64,000 nt of DNA from IMGVR_UViG_3300017991_000048:1-64000, one strand, 5' to 3'. Counted from the first letter of the stretch, positions 19,573-29,321 are shown. Numbers and translations are program-made. The notes: a model not told the origin generated them from the sequence alone.

Positions 19573-19777
19573 CGCTTTTACATCCCGAACACGGGCACGG
19601 ACGCCCCTTTCTTGGAGTCTTATATCGGCCTTTTGTCGCTTCTTTGAGAGCCGTTATAACCTTACAGCTATTCTCTTTGGGCACAAATGAAAGTTCGCCT
19701 CTCACAAGTTGCAGACACGTCTGATAAGCTAACCCTGTTGCCTTCTGTACTTTCCGTGCTCTACTGGCCGCGCTCAT
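19565..19777 (-). CDS. Small basic hypothetical protein
   Basis: Overlapping operon arrangement; CPCSGC tail. Confidence 0.6.
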   Translation of the reverse strand: MSAASRARKVQKATGLAYQTCLQLVRGELSFVPKENSCKVITALKEATKGRYKTPRKGRPCPCSGCKSDD

Positions 19778-20181
19778 CTAAGCCTCTTAAAACATTCGAT
19801 TGCCCCTGTTTTTAGATCACGACCACACGTGGGGCACGGGTCCCCCTCCATTTCCCCACTCTTTACGTGACCGCACTGCTCACAGCAGACTTTGAAAATG
19901 GCTGCGACTCTGCCCCACCCAGGCTCACCTTTATATGTCTGAGTTCCCGCTAAGCCACAAAGGACTCCGAGCAAACCTACCTGATAGCCCATCTTACCAT
20001 CTGGCCCTTCAGTTCCAGCCACTTGTATAGACGGGTGGGAAGCCAATGCATTATTACAATCTACCCGTGCTTCCACCAAAGCTCCAACCGCTTTCGGATC
20101 GAGTTTGATAGCGCTATTCATAACATCAATGATACGATCGGCTATCACCGCATCAACAACATCAGTGTTTTTCATGTCCAC
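19774..20181 (-). CDS. Hypothetical protein with C-terminal Zn ribbon
   Basis: CEQCG...CPTCG. Confidence 0.7.
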   Translation of the reverse strand: MDMKNTDVVDAVIADRIIDVMNSAIKLDPKAVGALVEARVDCNNALASHPSIQVAGTEGPDGKMGYQVGLLGVLCGLAGTQTYKGEPGWGRVAAIFKVCCEQCGHVKSGEMEGDPCPTCGRDLKTGAIECFKRLR

Positions 20182-20183
20182 CT

Positions 20184-21083
20184 CTACACCGCAGCCGCCG
20201 CTCTCTTACGATCCTCATGGTTTGCGGATAATACTTTATAACCTCTGGGTAAACCCGGATCAAGTTTAATGGAAACCCTTGCTCGTTGCTGCCATGCTTC
20301 ATCGTCACCATCCATGGTTCTGGACATCCAAAACCTGAGCTTCGTTCCGTTTATAATTTTGAACACCCACCCCCAGTATGTTCGGCCATCCTTACCGTCG
20401 AGACCATACTTAACAGGGACGCCGTTCTCATAAAACAAGAATTCCTCTCCTATTTCCGGAAGCTTGACGGGGCCGATGGCCGCATTCACATTGGTCCTTA
20501 TTCCCCCGGACGGTCCCACACTGGTAACGACAAATAATGTAGAAGGATTTTCCTTGCTCCGCCTGAAGAAAAAGGGCTTCAGATAATCCCAAGCCTCTTC
20601 GACTCTGCCCATGTAAGCTATTAGCTCCTGGTGAAGTTCTGAGAGTTTTTCGGGTGTGGTGTTATCATCAAAAAGTCCACCCATACTTACATCACTTTCA
20701 TCGTCCATCCAATCTAAGTCTGTTACCTCCGGGACTTCTATCACAGGTTCAGGCGATTCCTCCAAAGCCTCTTCCACCAAATCAGGGTTTACCAGCCTTT
20801 TGGACAAGGTGCGATATGTGTTAACATCACCAGGGATAAAGTCCAAAATACCCTCTACAGTATCCCGATAAAGAGAATCTGCCTTTTTCTTCTCAAATCC
20901 TCCTTGGCTAAAAGTCTCGTACAACCTTTTTAGCTCTACTGGAATAACCGCGTAGTTGTTTTTCCAACTACTCGCCAACCCCTTAATCAAACACTTTGCG
21001 TACCTCGAACGTGGGCCTATTTCTTTCGCCATTTTCGTTTCCTCCATTTCAATTCGTTTCGCTTCGTAACTGCCCAAAAGCAT
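20184..21083 (-). CDS. Hypothetical protein
   Basis: 299-aa ORF, GGTGTAG box upstream. Confidence 0.75.
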   Translation of the reverse strand: MLLGSYEAKRIEMEETKMAKEIGPRSRYAKCLIKGLASSWKNNYAVIPVELKRLYETFSQGGFEKKKADSLYRDTVEGILDFIPGDVNTYRTLSKRLVNPDLVEEALEESPEPVIEVPEVTDLDWMDDESDVSMGGLFDDNTTPEKLSELHQELIAYMGRVEEAWDYLKPFFFRRSKENPSTLFVVTSVGPSGGIRTNVNAAIGPVKLPEIGEEFLFYENGVPVKYGLDGKDGRTYWGWVFKIINGTKLRFWMSRTMDGDDEAWQQRARVSIKLDPGLPRGYKVLSANHEDRKRAAAAV

Positions 21084-21158
21084 GAGCAGTCACCTATGCG
21101 CCTACACCAAAAGATCCATAAGGCGCATTCCCCCAATCTAACTATAACTAACCTTACT

Positions 21159-21452
21159 CTAACACGTTGTGTGTCCTTGAGCCGTTGTAGTTGGACGCTT
21201 TATTTCATCGTTAAAAATGGTCCGCACCATTTCCAATGCGTCCTCTCGGTCCATGCCTTTCATTCTCTGGCATAGGTCAGCGACATGCTGAGCCACATCT
21301 GCCAGTACCAATCCCCACTGCCCACAATGCTCTTCCGCAGTTTTGCCCAAAGGCTTTATTATCACGTACAAGTCGTCGTCAGCGCCGATGGCGGCTCGTA
21401 AAATTTCTTGGCCCTTATCCACGGGCTCTGGGGCGGCATCATACTTTTTCAT
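21159..21452 (-). CDS. DUF5076-like protein
   Basis: EILRAAI...LYV.....WGLVLADVAQHVA pattern; RBS GGAG. Confidence 0.55.
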   Translation of the reverse strand: MKKYDAAPEPVDKGQEILRAAIGADDDLYVIIKPLGKTAEEHCGQWGLVLADVAQHVADLCQRMKGMDREDALEMVRTIFNDEIKRPTTTAQGHTTC

Positions 21453-21726
21453 CTCTATGCTCCTGTTCTAACTGCATGAGAGCCCCACCGACAAGCCGAA
21501 AGGATCAAAGCACTTGCGGTGGGGCTTACCAGCAGTTTACAGCCTGTCTGGTACATGCTGTCTTTCCTCAATTCAGGCATCAAGGCTTCCGACATCTCGC
21601 GACAAACGAAACGGAGGTAAGGATCTCAGACATCCCACGTCGGAACTTCTGATGTCGTGTACAAAGGCACCAAAGTAAGCCTCTCTGAGCCGACACCCAC
21701 CAAATAGCAAAGAGCTATGGCTAAAT

Positions 21727-22092
21727 TTATGTCCTTTCCCGGCCACTGTCAATTCCTTCTACAGCCTCTGCAAGCCCTTCGTCCTCTATGTAAAAGAGGT
21801 TAGGTGCCGCATTACTGATTAACTGGCCCAGACGGTAATGAGGGTTTGCTGCCCAAACCTTGTAAAGACGCTCAATTACAACTCTTTTCTCCGCTGCTGT
21901 CTGTGCTCGCCCCTCCATTTTCTTACCTCTCGTGTTATCAACTTTCCATTGGCGTTCGATCTTTCGCTTAGCTTCTTCGCCTTGAACCAAATATAAAAGC
22001 CGCCAAGTGAGGGGCGTCTTACTGTCGTTTAAAAAGCCCCAATGAAATTTCTTAGACCTGCGTTGGAGTTTCGGCCACTTGATCATCTTCAT
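21727..22092 (-). CDS. Hypothetical protein
   Basis: C-half VIERL.KVW...PHYRLGQLISNA...FYIEDE common phage pattern. Confidence 0.6.
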   Translation of the reverse strand: MKMIKWPKLQRRSKKFHWGFLNDSKTPLTWRLLYLVQGEEAKRKIERQWKVDNTRGKKMEGRAQTAAEKRVVIERLYKVWAANPHYRLGQLISNAAPNLFYIEDEGLAEAVEGIDSGRERT

Positions 22093-22342
22093 CTGCTTTC
22101 TTTATCCAACCGGAAACCCTCTTATCTCCCATTCCAGCGATTAATAATAATCGAAGACACTGACCGCTAAACCCTTCTCGTATGGCAAATATGTAAAAAT
22201 CGTCCTCTGGCACGTCCTTGATAATCACATTAAACCGATCCGGATGTAGGTAATCGGACGCATCCTCGAATACTGCTTCGGGCCATTTATCCTTGATCAG
22301 CCCACGCAACGCATAATCTCCGTAAACAAGTTCTTCAACCAT
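22052..22342 (-). CDS. Hypothetical protein
   Basis: 96-aa ORF in operon. Confidence 0.65.
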   Translation of the reverse strand: MVEELVYGDYALRGLIKDKWPEAVFEDASDYLHPDRFNVIIKDVPEDDFYIFAIREGFSGQCLRLLLIAGMGDKRVSGWIKKADEDDQVAETPTQV

Positions 22343-22568
22343 CGTCTTCCTCTATGTGCTCCCATAGAGTTTTACTGGGGCCTTCGAGTTCATCAGGTAA
22401 AGGCGGCACAAACTGTGCTCCAGGTTCAGTAGCAACTATCCTGTGAACAGTTCCGTCCCAACTCTTTGCTGACAGGACACCTTCTTCGTCTACAAAAATA
22501 GTAACACGCCCCATATCTGGAGTTCGAACACTGGCGGCACTGGTCTTTTTCATAGTCAAAGACGACAT
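22335..22568 (-). CDS. Stand-alone fibre N-terminal module with LWEHI tag
   Basis: MSSLTMKKTSAASVRTP...IFVDEEG matches N-termini of 5652/10767/11333; ends TLWEHIEEDDG. Confidence 0.75.
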   Translation of the reverse strand: MSSLTMKKTSAASVRTPDMGRVTIFVDEEGVLSAKSWDGTVHRIVATEPGAQFVPPLPDELEGPSKTLWEHIEEDDG

Positions 22569-22870
22569 CAACCCTCTTCTTGAATGTAATCCCACAAAGT
22601 CATATTGTTCGGATCAGGTCCGGTCGGTTGCTCTCCAGGAGGTAGCGGTTCCTGTTCTTCCTCCTTTTTCTTAGAAAGCAGCCTGTATACATTGTTATAG
22701 TAGTCTTTGAAACAAGGAACACCCTCTTCATCTACAAAAAGGACTACTTGGCCAAACGCAGGGGCCTGTATCGCTGAGGCCCATTCCCCTCCCACAGTTA
22801 ACGTCTGGGTGTTTACCGCTCCTGTTGTTACAGAGTCCGGTGTTATTGGATTAAACTCAGTAGTCGGCAT
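22568..22870 (-). CDS. Stand-alone fibre N-terminal module with LWDYI tag
   Basis: ASAIQAP...LFVDEEG...KD; ends TLWDYIQEEG. Confidence 0.75.
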   Translation of the reverse strand: MPTTEFNPITPDSVTTGAVNTQTLTVGGEWASAIQAPAFGQVVLFVDEEGVPCFKDYYNNVYRLLSKKKEEEQEPLPPGEQPTGPDPNNMTLWDYIQEEG

Positions 22871-23017
22871 AAATACAACCTACACCAAAAGTAACCCCCA
22901 CACACTGACTAGGTGACTAAAGAAGCCAGCGCGTGGGGGTCGTGTGGCTAGAAAAAAGAAACGCTTGGGTTACAAAGCGCCTTTTTCAAATTACACTTTA
23001 CACCAAATAATTATTAG

Positions 23018-23347
23018 CTACAGGTATTTTTGCTTGATCTCTGCCATATCCCAACAAACCGGAATACCTAAAATCCCGCCGTACTCTACTTCAGCGTCAG
23101 CACCAGAGCTTTCGCCCATGATCCGAAATATGACATCACACTCTCTTAGCCAACCTTTATCGAGTTCTGTCCAAAACTCCCTTTTCCTTGGCCTCATTAG
23201 ATCCCAAAAGAAATACAAGTGCGGAAGGAAAACCTGAAACCCGGCATCCTGAAGTTCTTCAGCCACCGCGACAGCTTTTCTGATATTCTCCCCCATACTC
23301 CCCGACGAGTACATTGGGCCTGCAATGAACACTTTCGGTCTACTCAT
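23018..23347 (-). CDS. DUF4406 / nucleoside-deoxyribosyltransferase-like protein
   Basis: VFIAGPM, G..VFLPH, WL.ECDVI...GESSGA..E. Confidence 0.7.
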   Translation of the reverse strand: MSRPKVFIAGPMYSSGSMGENIRKAVAVAEELQDAGFQVFLPHLYFFWDLMRPRKREFWTELDKGWLRECDVIFRIMGESSGADAEVEYGGILGIPVCWDMAEIKQKYL

Positions 23348-23604
23348 TTTTCTAACCTCACATTCTGGATACCCCCGATCCACTCTTCAGTGATTTTCCG
23401 GACTAGCTCTTCAAGGGACCCCTCTCCCGGCTCAATAAATGGGTGTGTGACAGAGGACCAAACTTTTAAGGGACCGAATTTGACACTTACATTAATCCCG
23501 TCTGTCTCAACAGCAAAACGAACCACCCATCGATCAACGTCGCCTGCCTCAAGCTCTTTGTTCAGCTTCGTAACGACCTCTACGGCTTCCTGTATCAATT
23601 CCAT
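23344..23604 (-). CDS. Hypothetical protein
   Basis: In operon; start MELIQEA. Confidence 0.6.
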   Translation of the reverse strand: MELIQEAVEVVTKLNKELEAGDVDRWVVRFAVETDGINVSVKFGPLKVWSSVTHPFIEPGEGSLEELVRKITEEWIGGIQNVRLEK

Positions 23605-23606
23605 CG

Positions 23607-24017
23607 TTACTCCCAATTCGGTGGCTTCGGCAGCTTCGGATAAGGCTTGGACCACCACCATCCAGACCACTGAACAAAAGACGTTATATCTCGCACACTC
23701 TTATCGGGTAGCACCGCCAAAGAGCGATCCTTGGCTCGCTCCCCAGTCTGCGCGGCTGTGGGGTATGTTCCTGGTGCAGTAGGTGCCTCTTTCTGCCAGC
23801 ATCCCGTCAAGAACTCCACCCACGCCGTTTCATTTACAACAGGCGAAAACAAAGCATCCCCAAGAGCCGTTTTCATTTCTCCGTCAGTAACTTCGGCTCC
23901 GCACTCAAAGCACTGATAGCGGATGTCGCCTCTGAGGTTTACGTTAAACACCATAGATGAGCTACCACACTCACACTTGTGTTCCCCGCTATCGAACTTG
24001 AGAGTTATTTTACCCAT
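23607..24017 (-). CDS. Zn-ribbon hypothetical protein
   Basis: CECG...CFECG; C-terminal W...P.APG.Y...WWW..P.P; GGTGTAA box upstream. Confidence 0.7.
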   Translation of the reverse strand: MGKITLKFDSGEHKCECGSSSMVFNVNLRGDIRYQCFECGAEVTDGEMKTALGDALFSPVVNETAWVEFLTGCWQKEAPTAPGTYPTAAQTGERAKDRSLAVLPDKSVRDITSFVQWSGWWWSKPYPKLPKPPNWE

Positions 24018-24219
24018 TATTGCTCTTACACCAAAATCGACAACTACTGGTCTTTCTTACGAAAAATTGCCCAGACGATACAGCCGAACACAACCAGTAA
24101 CCAAAACACGTCCGTTATGACAGAAGGCTCTTCCATATTTCGCAATTACACCACTTTAAGAACCTACTGATAAACGTCAGTAGTATGAATACACTACCCG
24201 TACTATCGAGGGAGAAGAC

Positions 24220-24543
24220 ATGAAAAAGATAGCCGAAAGCCCAAATCCGAGTCGGCAAGAGTTGGCTAGCTCTCTTAAAAAGTTAGCCAGACGGATAACG
24301 GCAAGAGGTTCCGACCTCGGTGATCTGATCTATGACCTCAAAGACGCTGTTGAGAGTGCTGGTATATATGCTACCCAAGACGCCTTGAAGGAACTCAAAA
24401 AAGAAAGACTCAAGGGTGAGCAAAAGGACTTAATCGATGACCTTATGAAACAAGGTTGGGATGCAGTTAACGAGATGTGGAATACGTTCCACTTGTGTGA
24501 GGAAACAGAAGACGAGTTGGCGGACCTAGAGCTAGAAAGCTGA
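24220..24543 (+). CDS. Protein with NPSR..LA leader module
   Basis: MKKIAESPNPSRQELASSLKKLARRITA; RBS GAGGGAG. Confidence 0.75.
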   Translation: MKKIAESPNPSRQELASSLKKLARRITARGSDLGDLIYDLKDAVESAGIYATQDALKELKKERLKGEQKDLIDDLMKQGWDAVNEMWNTFHLCEETEDELADLELES

Positions 24544-24544
24544 T

Positions 24545-25186
24545 ATGGCAGATTCAGACAGACCCTCCGAAACCAAAGCTCAAATAAAAGCCCGACATCA
24601 GGCAGAGCTTGAAGCAATGGGTTATGTTCCCTGGATAAAGAAATGGGGCGGGGTTGCCGGTGCCATTACAGCCATCATAGCATTATGTATCACGATTGGT
24701 ACGCAAGTCTGGCCTTGGATGGTTCAATATGGAGTCAAAAAAGAACTGACTACGGCACGTAAGACCGCAGAGTCCGTGGAGGATCTGAAAAAACTTGTGG
24801 AACAGACTCAAGCATTACTTCAGGCAACCATCAAAGCTACAGATGAGCAAGTTCAGGAAAGCGATTTGAGAGCACAACGAATGCATGATTCTATTGAGGC
24901 TCTGAGAAATGAGGTTCGACTGCGGCACGGAATAGAGTCTGGCATCGTTCTGACAGCCATACAGCCGGTTCATACCTCTGGAATCACTGTAGGATCAGCC
25001 GGTGGCGGTAGTGCTGGATCATCTTCCCGGCCAAGGCCAAGAAGAGCGCGGCCCATGACACGACAACAAAAGCTCAAGGCTGTAACGGAACAGGCAGACG
25101 CTACACTCAAAGCGGCGGAGATAGACCCGACAGCAGATTTCGATGACGACGTAAAAGCCAAACTTAAGATTCAGAAGAAAAAGTAA
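24545..25186 (+). CDS. Single-pass membrane protein with coiled coil
   Basis: Hydrophobic GGVAGAITAIIALCITIG then heptad-like region; lysis role possible but unsupported. Confidence 0.65.
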   Translation: MADSDRPSETKAQIKARHQAELEAMGYVPWIKKWGGVAGAITAIIALCITIGTQVWPWMVQYGVKKELTTARKTAESVEDLKKLVEQTQALLQATIKATDEQVQESDLRAQRMHDSIEALRNEVRLRHGIESGIVLTAIQPVHTSGITVGSAGGGSAGSSSRPRPRRARPMTRQQKLKAVTEQADATLKAAEIDPTADFDDDVKAKLKIQKKK

Positions 25187-25224
25187 GGACGGGGAAAAGC
25201 GGAGACGCGGCCCAAGGTGATATT

Positions 25225-25665
25225 ATGGAAAAGATAGCCAACCCCCAAGAACTAGCCTCTGAACTGCGGTCCCTGATTCAAAAAGTTCAAGAACCGAATC
25301 CAAGCCGAGAGGAACTGTCTTCTGACTTAAAGAAGCTAGCCGCCATCCTCACCAAATTTTCCGGGTGGGAAGCCCATGCAACTCTTGTGGATTGTGTGGA
25401 AGCTATAACGCACAACAAGTTTCGCATTCGAGTTGGAAATGGAAGCCTAACAGTTGATTTGAACGGAGTCATCCATGCACTTGCTGACACGTTAGGGCTC
25501 AGCTTCCCCAACGTAGAACCTGTTCTCGATAACGCGCTTTTGAGAAGAGGGCAAATGGTGTCAAAGGAATTAATGAACGTCCAAAGAGACTTGAACAGAG
25601 TACTAGACGACGTGTTTGAAATTGCTGCGGACCTGGAAAAGTACCTGGATCGAGAGAGTGGTTAG
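25225..25665 (+). CDS. Protein with MEKIANPQELA leader module
   Basis: N-terminus near-identical to 33653 and 27293. Confidence 0.75.
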   Translation: MEKIANPQELASELRSLIQKVQEPNPSREELSSDLKKLAAILTKFSGWEAHATLVDCVEAITHNKFRIRVGNGSLTVDLNGVIHALADTLGLSFPNVEPVLDNALLRRGQMVSKELMNVQRDLNRVLDDVFEIAADLEKYLDRESG

Positions 25666-25692
25666 ACGGCTGATCTGGTGTAATTATACTCT

Positions 25693-25938
25693 GTGGCCCG
25701 TTACAGTCTTACAGCAGTGTTTAACGTCATGCGTTATTTCTGTGAGCACGAAGAAGCTTACAGCACCGACTTGATGAAAGCCTGTGATCTGTCGTATAAC
25801 CACGTCTACCATCTTCTCAAAGATTTGGAACAGGACGGGGAGTTGGTTTCCGAAATGCGAAACGGCCCTCACATGCAACGCAAATACTTCAGGCTATCTG
25901 ACAAAGCCAGAGCGGAATGGGAAACAAGCACTCACTGA
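25693..25938 (+). CDS. Winged-helix DNA-binding protein
   Basis: DLMKACDLSYNHVYHLLKDLEQDGELVS...RKYFRLS. Confidence 0.7.
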   Translation: MARYSLTAVFNVMRYFCEHEEAYSTDLMKACDLSYNHVYHLLKDLEQDGELVSEMRNGPHMQRKYFRLSDKARAEWETSTH

Positions 25939-25958
25939 ATGTTTCACGTGAAACAATT

Positions 25959-26132
25959 ATGACCGACACAGAACTGGAAAAACTACACACGCAACTAGAT
26001 GAAGAGCTTCCGTGGTGGCAGCTTTTCGTTTTCGCTTACCGGTACAAAAACCTAAGAGCCTTGGCCCGGTATCTTATTAGAGAGCTTCAGGACGAAAAGA
26101 AAGGGGTCTGGAAAGGGAAAGACGTGGAATAA
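25959..26132 (+). CDS. Small hypothetical protein
   Basis: Start MTDTELE within ORF 25917..26132. Confidence 0.5.
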   Translation: MTDTELEKLHTQLDEELPWWQLFVFAYRYKNLRALARYLIRELQDEKKGVWKGKDVE

Positions 26133-26133
26133 A

Positions 26134-26415
26134 TCAAGTACGTTTCTCCATTTTATTATATTCCGCCCACCCCTTATCTGTCGGTGCCCACTTGAAGTTA
26201 TTTTCTTTCACGTAACCCTTTTCCTCAAGGATATGGATAGCTCTTATTGTTGTGATTTGTTTCCTCTTCACTGAGGGAAGTATTTCATGCAGCCGTATTG
26301 ACTCATGGGTGTGGCCAAACGTGCGCTTACGTTCGATTTCATTACACACAGACCACAAAATATACTTCTGGTTACTGGTTATGGAAGCAACTCTGCAATC
26401 GTAAGAATATTGCAT
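26134..26415 (-). CDS. Winged-helix-like small protein
   Basis: RAIHILEEKGYV....W.PT.KG. Confidence 0.55.
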   Translation of the reverse strand: MQYSYDCRVASITSNQKYILWSVCNEIERKRTFGHTHESIRLHEILPSVKRKQITTIRAIHILEEKGYVKENNFKWAPTDKGWAEYNKMEKRT

Positions 26416-26699
26416 CAGGGAAGTTTGTACTCAATATAACGATAAGCTTCGTGTAGCCTGCCTAACGCATCATCTAGGCTCTCTCTACTCTCGGTCAATT
26501 GCTCATCTATATCCGCTTGGAACTCTTGCAACTCTATAAGGTCGTCCTCTCTAAGCATATTTTCAGGGTAGCCGAGCAAGGTGCCCCGTTGCGCGAGTTG
26601 GCGGCGTACTTGACCTAAGACCTCTTTGGCCTGTTTTAGCTCCCGTTCCCATTGCTTGATGGAAACAGTCGTTGCTGTGCGTTTGTAAGAGTACTCCAT
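26415..26699 (-). CDS. Coiled-coil hypothetical protein
   Basis: M(E/Q)YSY N-terminus shared with 26134..26415. Confidence 0.65.
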   Translation of the reverse strand: MEYSYKRTATTVSIKQWERELKQAKEVLGQVRRQLAQRGTLLGYPENMLREDDLIELQEFQADIDEQLTESRESLDDALGRLHEAYRYIEYKLP

Positions 26700-26708
26700 T
26701 GATAACCC

Positions 26709-27293
26709 TTAAAGTTTCTCGAAGCCTATGCGATCGACAAAGTGATATTGAGAGCCAATCTGAACCACGTCACCGACAGACATGCTTGTGTGATCCAATC
26801 CCTTACGAGTAACCAATTGCCTTGCCTGTCCCATAGGACTCCAAGCCTCACCTTGCATCATACGAAAAATCTCTTCAAGGTTCCGTTCTCCCACAGTTCC
26901 TAATATGTTGTGGGTCTTTTCTGGGATCTCTGCCAGCAAATCAGGACGTCGCTCTTTAAGCCAGTCATATCCCATTATAATGTCGCGACGGTCCTCTATG
27001 GGGATCGCCTTTTTCACGTACCAAATGGTAGCGGCTTTCCCGTCATACTCAGGGTTCCCCGTTATCCTCGCGGCATCGGCCAAAGAACGGTACTGCTTCC
27101 GGTACTCCCTCTGAACGTCCCGCTCTTTTAGGCTTTGCTCAAGCCAGGGCTCAAGTGCTTTTGCCCCTAACCGAGACGCTAGAGAACGTAACTCGGTAGC
27201 TATCCTAACTCGGCTTGGGTTAGATCCTTGAGCGTATTCAAGGAGAGTTTCCAGTTCTTGGGCCAACTGTGCGGGAGTAGCTAACTTTTCCAT
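26709..27293 (-). CDS. Leader-module protein with C-terminal YodL-like motif
   Basis: MEKLATPAQLAQEL leader; HTSMSVGDVV resembles YodL HSLSVSDVV. Confidence 0.7.
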   Translation of the reverse strand: MEKLATPAQLAQELETLLEYAQGSNPSRVRIATELRSLASRLGAKALEPWLEQSLKERDVQREYRKQYRSLADAARITGNPEYDGKAATIWYVKKAIPIEDRRDIIMGYDWLKERRPDLLAEIPEKTHNILGTVGERNLEEIFRMMQGEAWSPMGQARQLVTRKGLDHTSMSVGDVVQIGSQYHFVDRIGFEKL

Positions 27294-27344
27294 GCTTTTG
27301 AGGGATTATAAAAAGATCCAATTAAACAGGTGTAAGTACGCGAT

Positions 27345-27539
27345 ATGTGCAAGAATAATAGCACTCGACCTTTATGGATAAATAGCGAAATTGTCTATAT
27401 TGACGAGTGCATACACAAGCTGATCTGGTGTCTGAATCGGAATGGGATGGAAACGGTAGCCTCGTGCTGTGGGCACGGCAAGCAACCCGGCAGAATCCTA
27501 CTCAAGGATGGCCGGGAGATAATAATATCTGATCCTTGA
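27345..27539 (+). CDS. Small phage protein (ET.ASCCGHG type)
   Basis: IDECI..LI..LN..G.ET..SCCGHG pattern. Confidence 0.7.
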   Translation: MCKNNSTRPLWINSEIVYIDECIHKLIWCLNRNGMETVASCCGHGKQPGRILLKDGREIIISDP

Positions 27540-27609
27540 TCTTCTTTACCCAAGTCGGTGGCCTCAAATTCAGAGTCCATCGCTTTAGAGTTATGATAAA
27601 GTGTAAAAC

Positions 27610-27951
27610 ATGACGACACTATCCAATCTCCAGGATGAATTCACGGTATTTGTTACCCGTGACTTCGGGATGAACACCCACGCGGTCCCGCTCTGTGGCC
27701 TTTGTGGAAATACCGGGATTGTGAAAGCCATCTGGAAACCACCGTGGGCACCCACGGTAGATGCAAAAACCTATGAAATAGAGAGCTATTGCATCTGCTC
27801 AAACGGTCGGACTTTGCGTAAGAAAAACCCTCGCATAGGTCGGAAGTGGGGTGGATCATCGGTTACGAAGACACCTGACGGCTGTACCCTGGACGCGCCA
27901 GTGCCAGAAAAGGAGGGCCGAAGCCTCTGGGACCACGTGAAAGACGAATAA
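27610..27951 (+). CDS. Zn-finger protein with LWDHV tag
   Basis: CGLCGNTG...CICSNG; ends SLWDHVKDE. Confidence 0.8.
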   Translation: MTTLSNLQDEFTVFVTRDFGMNTHAVPLCGLCGNTGIVKAIWKPPWAPTVDAKTYEIESYCICSNGRTLRKKNPRIGRKWGGSSVTKTPDGCTLDAPVPEKEGRSLWDHVKDE

Positions 27952-28058
27952 AGTTCCTAAATGACTGAAGCCGCCCCTGGCACCAAAGACGGCCTCAGAA
28001 CTCCTTCTACCCAAGGCAGATGAGCTACCGTGAGGTTAACCACGGCAAGCGCTATGTG

Positions 28059-28274
28059 TCAACGACCCACCCACCCATCGGCTTCTGACTCCTTTAAAAG
28101 CTTCTCAGTCTTACGTCTCCAGGCGGAAAACCGTTCAGCAGCCATATGCTCAGGGTAGTTATTCCACCGTTTGTCTCCACACCACTCGCACAAAGTGTAA
28201 GAACGGTCGAAAGTAGCTGAAATCTCATTGATTAATTCGATTATGGCGATAAGCCTGTCTCGGTTTGTTATCAC
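28059..28274 (-). CDS. Small Zn-ribbon protein
   Basis: CEWCG; RBS GGAGG upstream. Confidence 0.6.
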   Translation of the reverse strand: MITNRDRLIAIIELINEISATFDRSYTLCEWCGDKRWNNYPEHMAAERFSAWRRKTEKLLKESEADGWVGR

Positions 28275-28354
28275 GGCGAACCTCCTACATATTTAGGGGG
28301 TCTGGGAGCCGAGATGGTTTCAATTCAGCCAAAACGGTGTAATATTTCTCAACA

Positions 28355-28606
28355 ATGGAAGTTTTCAGACGCTTGTCAAACCCACCTTCTAAGTGGCATG
28401 TAGCCAACCCGGACGACGGGACAATAGCACTCTGTGGGTGGCACACAAACCCTGACGGAAATTCTGATTATATAAAACAGGCGATCGAAGTTTTCGAAAG
28501 CCACGCAATACCCGACGACAACCCCAGTGAGATATACTGCCATAACTGTCTACGAAAACGAAGAAAGGCTCTGAAAGACCTCTGGGATCACTTGTCCGAA
28601 AGTTGA
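28355..28606 (+). CDS. Zn-finger protein with LWDHL tag
   Basis: WH......LCG...CHNC; ends DLWDHLSES. Confidence 0.8.
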   Translation: MEVFRRLSNPPSKWHVANPDDGTIALCGWHTNPDGNSDYIKQAIEVFESHAIPDDNPSEIYCHNCLRKRRKALKDLWDHLSES

Positions 28607-28627
28607 TTAAATCAACTTGGTGTAATT

Positions 28628-28849
28628 GTGTCAGAACCTCCAAAATGCAAATGCGGAAAAACTCTTGATCTGTGGCCTGCTCGACACCATACCTTTCGAA
28701 CCTTCACCTCAACCCGAAAAAGCTTTTTACCCCCGACCTACGTTTGCACCAGATGCCATCTATCTTATCCAATAGATCACTTCGATACCAAAAACCTCTG
28801 GGAACATTTATCTGAGGACTCAAATGGCAAAAAAACTCAAAACAAGTGA
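28628..28849 (+). CDS. Zn-ribbon protein with LWEHL tag
   Basis: CKCG...CTRC; NLWEHLSED. Confidence 0.7.
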   Translation: MSEPPKCKCGKTLDLWPARHHTFRTFTSTRKSFLPPTYVCTRCHLSYPIDHFDTKNLWEHLSEDSNGKKTQNK

Positions 28850-29321
28850 CTTTTTCAACACCGCTGTCTCCAGAGACCTCGCTCAGGCTGTTGAAGTTAT
28901 TAAAGCTCAAGAGCAGACTGTTCAGGCTGTTAAAGCTCAAGCTGTTAAGGTTCAAGCCTACACACCCGCCACAGACTTCCAGACGGTTTACGCTACTGAA
29001 AACCCCTTCCATACAACGGAAGAGGGCGAAGTTAGGCGTCTAAGCCCTAAGAAACAAGGAGCCCAAAAAACGCTCGAAAAGTATAGACACAGTGTGCTGA
29101 AAGGTTACCCACGCGGAGAGACGGTAGAGAAATACTATAGAGCGGCTGTTATCTTAGACGAAGAACTGGACCACGACATTGAACTCGATCATATAAGATT
29201 GCTCTTGCGTGTTATTGACAAACTGCGAAACGAGCTTGATGTTGATACCCCCGGTGAACCGCCGCCTAAGAAGAGAAAGGCAAACGACCTTTGGGGCCAT
29301 CTTACCAACGATGAAGAATGA
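28824..29321 (+). CDS. Hypothetical protein with LWGHL tag
   Basis: Ends NDLWGHLTNDEE. Confidence 0.75.
   Translation: MAKKLKTSDFFNTAVSRDLAQAVEVIKAQEQTVQAVKAQAVKVQAYTPATDFQTVYATENPFHTTEEGEVRRLSPKKQGAQKTLEKYRHSVLKGYPRGETVEKYYRAAVILDEELDHDIELDHIRLLLRVIDKLRNELDVDTPGEPPPKKRKANDLWGHLTNDEE

Noticed and set aside
24545-25186. Holin/spanin call
   Set aside because: TM plus coiled coil is compatible, but no endolysin or lipobox partner is nearby.
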